Part shown: positions 58,928-64,000 of the stretch, piece by piece
How positions within the stretch are numbered: position 1 is the first letter of the stretch
Layout: each line of letters opens with the position of its first letter
Assembly (NCBI GenBank): GCA_963664485.1
Contig: OY761459.1
Span: 155,098-219,097, forward strand
Length of the DNA stretch: 64,000 bases
Source: Syntrophales bacterium
Lineage (GTDB): Bacteria > Desulfobacterota > Syntrophia > Syntrophales > UBA2210
Direction: 5' to 3'
Program-made: the position numbers and the translations under genes
Notes under the pieces: generated by a model
What the model was told of the DNA's origin: nothing
Database searches by the model: none
What the model saw: only the letters and a program-made list of their open reading frames with translations

Positions 58928-60069
58928 TCTACCGTGGCCTTCAATCTTCTTTTCAGACGAACCGCAATTTCACGGGGCAACTGGGAAAAATGTTGAATCC
59001 GCCATTTACACCGGATAAACCTGGCGAAGATCATCCACCTGCTTTTCCAGCCGGAGCTGTTAAGGGTACGACGATACGCCAGGAAAAGATCTACCGGAAG
59101 ATCTCCCAGGAGCTCTATACGGCGACCGAGAAACCGGATTTCCGGTATTTCCCATATTCCGTGTTCCAGACGGGCAAATAAATGCTTAACGTCAGGGGGA
59201 ATACAATCAGTTATCCCGACAGTTGTCAGATATTGGAATGCCTTCTTGAAACGCAGACTAAAATGGTCGCGTTGAACCGCACTGAGAATTCTGTCCCAAT
59301 CGATTCTCTCTCCATCGCGCTCAAGAATAATAACGACATCAGCAATCCAGCGTAAGGGGTGAACAACATTCCATTTCATTCCATGGGCACAAACATGGTA
59401 AAGTAAATCGGTAGCATCGGGAACCCTTGCCTTCCCGGCACCGACTTCAACCTCTATCCCCCTCTGAATATATCGACTGTTCTCTTCCTTCACATAATTG
59501 CTTTCCGGAAGCAGGTTCCAGTGCAAATCAACTTCAATACCGGACTGACTTGTAAAATGACACCCCTTCTCAACCTCCAGCCACAATGGTGAAGGCCTGA
59601 CCGGCAACCGTTTGTCCGCTGTCATGCCGTTTTGCTCCAACAGATTAAAGGCAACAGGCAGATCTTTTTCAGTTACCATTATGTCTATATCGGACATGGG
59701 ACGCAGACCGGGATCTGCATAATAATTCAGAATCAGGGGAATTCCTTTCAACAGCAGCGGCAGATCTGCTCCCGTCTGGTTATATTGCTTCAGGAATTCG
59801 CCGATCTGATGCAGGTAAAGACGGTTCTTATACCAGAAATATCGGTATACACTACGATACCTTTTCAGCATTCCCGCTTCGATATCGGCTGATTGAAGAT
59901 TCTTATACAATAACGGCAGGAGGCGGAACGAACCGAAGTCCAGATTCTCTATGTCCGCTTCCGCCTTCCAGAGCTTCCAGAAGACAAACGCCCGGTCCGG
60001 CGGCGACAAACATGCTTTGAGCAGAAGTTCCTGGATCGGATCCGGCAGAAAGTACGAATGTTTTTTCAT
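58924..60069 (-). CDS. Nucleotidyltransferase family protein (NTP_transf_5-like)
   Basis: LLKG..L...YY....RPMSDIDIMV, VDLHW, RW..D. Confidence 0.85.
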   Translation of the reverse strand: MKKHSYFLPDPIQELLLKACLSPPDRAFVFWKLWKAEADIENLDFGSFRLLPLLYKNLQSADIEAGMLKRYRSVYRYFWYKNRLYLHQIGEFLKQYNQTGADLPLLLKGIPLILNYYADPGLRPMSDIDIMVTEKDLPVAFNLLEQNGMTADKRLPVRPSPLWLEVEKGCHFTSQSGIEVDLHWNLLPESNYVKEENSRYIQRGIEVEVGAGKARVPDATDLLYHVCAHGMKWNVVHPLRWIADVVIILERDGERIDWDRILSAVQRDHFSLRFKKAFQYLTTVGITDCIPPDVKHLFARLEHGIWEIPEIRFLGRRIELLGDLPVDLFLAYRRTLNSSGWKSRWMIFARFIRCKWRIQHFSQLPREIAVRLKRRLKATVE

Positions 60070-61652
60070 GCTCGTGCCTGGCTGTCATTAATAGTGAAGA
60101 CCTGATCGCAGCAGGCTAATAGATTGGGATCATGAGAAGCAATGCAAATGCTTCCGGAGAAGACTCCGGATTGCAGTATTTCCAATATCCGTGACACGGC
60201 CTGATGATCAAGGTGATTGGTCGGTTCATCCAGGAGGAGTAACGAGGGACTGCGAAGCAAGGCCCGGCTGATTGCCAGGCTCTGGCGTTGTCCTCCGGAA
60301 AGTTGTACCCCGTCTTCTCCCATCCTGGAGTCCATCTGTTTCGGTAAGGTCCGGACCCATTGCCAGGCTGAAGTCCATTCCAGTACCTTCCTTACCCTTT
60401 CGGAATCTACGGAAGACAAGCCATAGCATACATTTTCCATGATAGTAGCGTCAAAAAAGACCGGATTCTGGGGAACTATCGCCATCCGGCTCCTGAGATT
60501 TTCCATATCCAACCTCTCATAGTCAATACCATCGGCCATGAGTTTTCCCGAAAGCGGATGGTACAGCCCCAGGATCAAGTTAAGTAACGTGGTCTTTCCG
60601 GTTCCGTTGGACCCGGAAAGACCGGTAATGGCACCGGCGCTGATGGTCAGGGAAATATCCTTTAAAAGCAATTCGTTGCCTGGAAACGAGAATGAAACAC
60701 GCTGAAAAGTAATCTCTCCCTGAAAATCAATCGATTCTTTTCCACGATAATAATCGTCTTCGTGAAAATCATCCAATATCCGAAGACGCCTCAAAGATTC
60801 CCGTCCGTTAATACACTGAGGAACAGCCGTAAAAAAAGAGCTTAGCTGGCTTTTCAGAATCATTACAGCAATATAAAAAGATACCAGTTCACCGATCGCC
60901 AAATGGCCGCTCTGAACCGCGAACCCGCCTCCCAGTAAAATGACAACCGTGGCGATGATGATAATAAAATCCTGTCCCTGGGAATACGCGGTGCTTAGAA
61001 GAGCCATCTCCTGGCTGCTGAATTGCACCCTGCGTGTGTGCTCGCAGTGTTGTTCATATTCCTGAACACGTGCACTCTGGTGAGCGGTTAATTCAAACAT
61101 GTTAAGGAGAAAATTTATTCCCCGGCTGAAGGTCTCACAACTATCATGGAACTCTTTCACTCTTCGTCCCAGGTGAATTTTTAAATAGCGATTCAACAAA
61201 TAGAACAGGGGAATAATCGTAAACAACAAAAGGGTCAACCGTATATCCAGGAAAAAGAGCAGGGAGATTAATGCTATTGAAGCCAGGGCCGCGGGAATAA
61301 GGTTGGTCGCCAGGGCATTCAGCATTATATCAACCCCTTCGGTGTCATGAATTATCCTGCTGTAGACAAGGCCACGGTTCATCTTCTTGTACTGTTCAAG
61401 TGAACCGTAAAGCAGGCGCTTAATCAGATCATTGCGGAGACGACTAATCACCTCTTTCGTGGCATGCAGTGTAAGCCTCCTTGACAGCAGGACCAGGATG
61501 GTGGCCGACAGATGAAGCACTATTATCGCAAGGCCTGCCATAATCAGGGCTCTCCAATCCTGCCTCGGCAATACTGAATCGATAGTAATTTTAAAGACAT
61601 AGGGTATCAACAGCAGGATAACGATGTTGATAAGCGCCAAGATGGTTCCCAT
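60066..61652 (-). CDS. ABC transporter, fused permease/ATP-binding
   Basis: TM domain, GSNGTGKT, LSGGQRQ, LLLDEPT; reading frame stays open ~20 codons further upstream. Confidence 0.92.
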   Translation of the reverse strand: MGTILALINIVILLLIPYVFKITIDSVLPRQDWRALIMAGLAIIVLHLSATILVLLSRRLTLHATKEVISRLRNDLIKRLLYGSLEQYKKMNRGLVYSRIIHDTEGVDIMLNALATNLIPAALASIALISLLFFLDIRLTLLLFTIIPLFYLLNRYLKIHLGRRVKEFHDSCETFSRGINFLLNMFELTAHQSARVQEYEQHCEHTRRVQFSSQEMALLSTAYSQGQDFIIIIATVVILLGGGFAVQSGHLAIGELVSFYIAVMILKSQLSSFFTAVPQCINGRESLRRLRILDDFHEDDYYRGKESIDFQGEITFQRVSFSFPGNELLLKDISLTISAGAITGLSGSNGTGKTTLLNLILGLYHPLSGKLMADGIDYERLDMENLRSRMAIVPQNPVFFDATIMENVCYGLSSVDSERVRKVLEWTSAWQWVRTLPKQMDSRMGEDGVQLSGGQRQSLAISRALLRSPSLLLLDEPTNHLDHQAVSRILEILQSGVFSGSICIASHDPNLLACCDQVFTINDSQARA

Positions 61653-61749
61653 GAACAGCTTTACTATTTGTTCGTTCCAGTAGCGGTAGATCAGTAACCG
61701 TCTGATTTTTATTCCTCCTGTTTGATATTGAGAGTGTATTTACCGACGA

Positions 61750-62439
61750 TTATTTCCGGCGATCAAGCGATGCCTTAATAATGCCCAGGTAATCTTTTCG
61801 ATCCCGGGCGGCCTTACGGCCCAGATTGGAATCATGAATCCGGCGCCAGGCCAGGACACGATCAATCCCTTTTTTTTCAATATTCTTCTCTCGTGCCCTT
61901 GACCACCAGTCAATGAGTTCCCCGGTACGCCATCGAGAATCAAACAATCCGACCTTTTCAAACACCTCCCGGCGTATCAGGATCGTGCTGTTGACTAACC
62001 CGGACAACACCCCGGATTTTAACCGGGTCTGCTTTTTAACAAGGGGGGAAATGTCCGGACTGAAAAACTCACTAAACCCGGTGTAAAAAACCCCTGCAGA
62101 CGGGTGAGAGTAACTGAGATCAACCTGGAGTTCAAGCTTTTCCGGTTCCCAGAGATCGTCACAGTCGAGAAACGCAATCAGTTCACCGGCACTTTTCTCA
62201 AGGCCCAGATTACGGGCAGCGGCAGGACCGGAATTGACCTGTTGCGCGACATGAATATTTCCCCCGCTCAGTGAGCACATAAGTTCCCAGGAACCATCCG
62301 TAGAACCGTCGTCAACCAGAATAATCTCGTCGGGAGAAAGGGTCTGTCGCTGAACACTCGCGAGTGCTTCCTCAAGGTAGCAACAACCGTTAAAAACGGG
62401 GATAATTACTGAAAGCCGGGATGTCTTACTCTTTTCCAT
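61750..62439 (-). CDS. GT2 glycosyltransferase
   Basis: SVIIPVFN, VDDGSTD, AARN, FLDCDD.W. Confidence 0.92.
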   Translation of the reverse strand: MEKSKTSRLSVIIPVFNGCCYLEEALASVQRQTLSPDEIILVDDGSTDGSWELMCSLSGGNIHVAQQVNSGPAAARNLGLEKSAGELIAFLDCDDLWEPEKLELQVDLSYSHPSAGVFYTGFSEFFSPDISPLVKKQTRLKSGVLSGLVNSTILIRREVFEKVGLFDSRWRTGELIDWWSRAREKNIEKKGIDRVLAWRRIHDSNLGRKAARDRKDYLGIIKASLDRRK

Positions 62440-63118
62440 TGTTACTACCCCCGGCCTTTATTTTTTGTCGTAATATGGAAAACATCTCTCTTTTGCCGGT
62501 ATTGTTGTCACTAGAGCAATTATCTTCATGAATGTTTCTCTGTAGTAATACCTGATTGACAATACGCATTTGAACCCCGGCTTTTTTGGCGCGGATAAAC
62601 CACTCCATATCACTGGCGTTTACAAGGTCTTCGGTAAAAATACCGATTTCGGCAAAAATCCGGCGGCGGACTACCAGGGTGCTGGGCAGTAACCCTACGG
62701 GATCTTCCGTCAGCAGCTCCGGGTTTAACCAGTACGGCCTTTGCATGGTTTCGACAAGATGATTGTGCATCAGGGTTAACACGTATCCGGGCTCAGGATC
62801 ATTAAGAAGAACCTGCATCTGAAGTTGTAATTTTTCCGGATACCAACGGTCGTCCTGGTCAATAAACGCGAGAAATGTTCCCTTTGCCTGACTGATGCCG
62901 AAATTGCGGGAAGCTGCGACCCCGGCGTTTTGTCTGCGGAATAATCGAATCCGGGGATCAGAGGGAACCAGGTCATCACTCCCGTCACTGGAACCATCGT
63001 CAATGACCAGCAACTCAAAAGGATTATAACTCTGACTCAAAACACTATTGATGGAAGATTCGATAAAATTTCTGCCGTTATAAAGCGGCAGAATAATGCT
63101 GACTAACGGATTGTTCAT
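62426..63118 (-). CDS. GT2 glycosyltransferase
   Basis: VSIILPLYN, IDDGSSD, SRN, FIDQDD.W; start set at MNNPLV. Confidence 0.92.
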   Translation of the reverse strand: MNNPLVSIILPLYNGRNFIESSINSVLSQSYNPFELLVIDDGSSDGSDDLVPSDPRIRLFRRQNAGVAASRNFGISQAKGTFLAFIDQDDRWYPEKLQLQMQVLLNDPEPGYVLTLMHNHLVETMQRPYWLNPELLTEDPVGLLPSTLVVRRRIFAEIGIFTEDLVNASDMEWFIRAKKAGVQMRIVNQVLLQRNIHEDNCSSDNNTGKREMFSILRQKIKAGGSNNGKE

Positions 63119-64000
63119 GATTTTCTCCAGGCAATCAATTCTTCCAGTACGTGAATAACAGCGCTCGAAGAAAATTTTTCCTCTATCAGGGCCCGGCCAT
63201 GAGACCGGAAGCTCTGCCATTGTGATTTGCGATTGTACGTATCAAAAACCTGTGAAATAAATTCTTCCTCGAGCTCGGCGACGGCCAGATGACGGCCGTT
63301 AATTACACCCAGTCCTTCAGCCGCAACCGGGGTGGCGACTACGGGAAGACCGCATGCCATACTCTCTAAAACTTTCCCTTTGACTCCGGCACCGAAACGC
63401 AGCGGAGCAACGGATAATCTGGATCGATGAAACAGGGGGAGCAGATCGGGAACATGACCGAGAAATGTAATTTCCCGGTGCGGGTTATTCCGCAGGATAT
63501 CCACGGGGGGATCGGCACCGGCAATCCTTAGGATTAATCCGGGAATTGCCTCTTGCAGGCGAGGAAAAATTTTCATTAATACGGAAAGGGCATCCAGGTT
63601 CGGTCCATGACTGAACGACCCGATAAAGAGCAACCCCTGACGCTGCTCGAAAGAAAGCCCGCCGACTGTCGATACCTCATGGATATTGGAGAGCACCTTG
63701 ATCTTTTCACTGGGAAACATTGTACTCAGTTTCCGATGTTCCAATGTGCTGGTAACCAGGGTAACATCACTTTTTTCGACAGCCTGCAGCTCCCTTTTAC
63801 GGGTGGCTATCGCCATTTTAATCAGTTGGCGATTTCTTGTGATCAGGGCCTCCCTGTAGAGCCTGAGATAGTGAAGATCTACTGTATCGAAAACAACCAG
63901 GGCTCCGGAGCAATATCGTCGTACCCGGGTCAAGTAACGATGCGCTACAAACTCGTCACTCAAGATGACCAGGGTAAACTTTTGTCCCCGTGTCCGGAGA
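63115..64000 (-). CDS. GT-B (GT4-like) glycosyltransferase, 5' end outside window
   Basis: FDTVDLHYLR, FIGSF.H.PN.DA, APLRFGAGVKGKV.E.M..G.PVVAT. Confidence 0.88.
   Translation of the reverse strand, partial: LRTRGQKFTLVILSDEFVAHRYLTRVRRYCSGALVVFDTVDLHYLRLYREALITRNRQLIKMAIATRKRELQAVEKSDVTLVTSTLEHRKLSTMFPSEKIKVLSNIHEVSTVGGLSFEQRQGLLFIGSFSHGPNLDALSVLMKIFPRLQEAIPGLILRIAGADPPVDILRNNPHREITFLGHVPDLLPLFHRSRLSVAPLRFGAGVKGKVLESMACGLPVVATPVAAEGLGVINGRHLAVAELEEEFISQVFDTYNRKSQWQSFRSHGRALIEEKFSSSAVIHVLEELIAWRKS

Overview
Bacterial chromosomal window; gene content and protein style suggest an anaerobic Desulfobacterota/Syntrophales-like deltaproteobacterium (inference). Four zones. (1) 1-20.2 kb, minus strand: capsule/EPS locus (nucleotide-sugar dehydrogenase, wzi, wzc, wza, PHP phosphatase, uxs, fcl, gmd, UDP-glucuronate epimerase, EPS-type MarR regulator). 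It is interleaved with TA/defence genes (AbiEi/ii, AAA-DUF4143, RelBE-like), a GIY-YIG gene and a four-helix-bundle gene, and its intergenic spaces are filled with several families of dispersed repeats. (2) 20.3-33.3 kb: mostly housekeeping (radical SAM, acyltransferase, lemA/NTase/TPM, rpsT, lptE, leuS, gmhA, grpE, dnaK), plus an unannotated secreted protein with an in-frame UGA and a SECIS-like hairpin (candidate new selenoprotein). (3) 33.3-39.3 kb: a ~6 kb block between two copies of the dnaK 3' end, holding a SOR-like exported protein, a cytochrome b561-like protein, wrbA, tusA-dsrE-iscS(no PLP lysine)-iscU/DUF59, glnK and an amtB remnant. (4) 39.6-64 kb, minus strand: a second polysaccharide locus, more AT-rich and without these repeats by eye, with three sulfotransferases, wcaJ, GTs, pyruvyl/acetyl/methyl transferases, an NTase and an ABC transporter. 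No rRNA, tRNA, CRISPR, integrase or transposase was recognised. All assignments come from reading motifs; no database searches were run.
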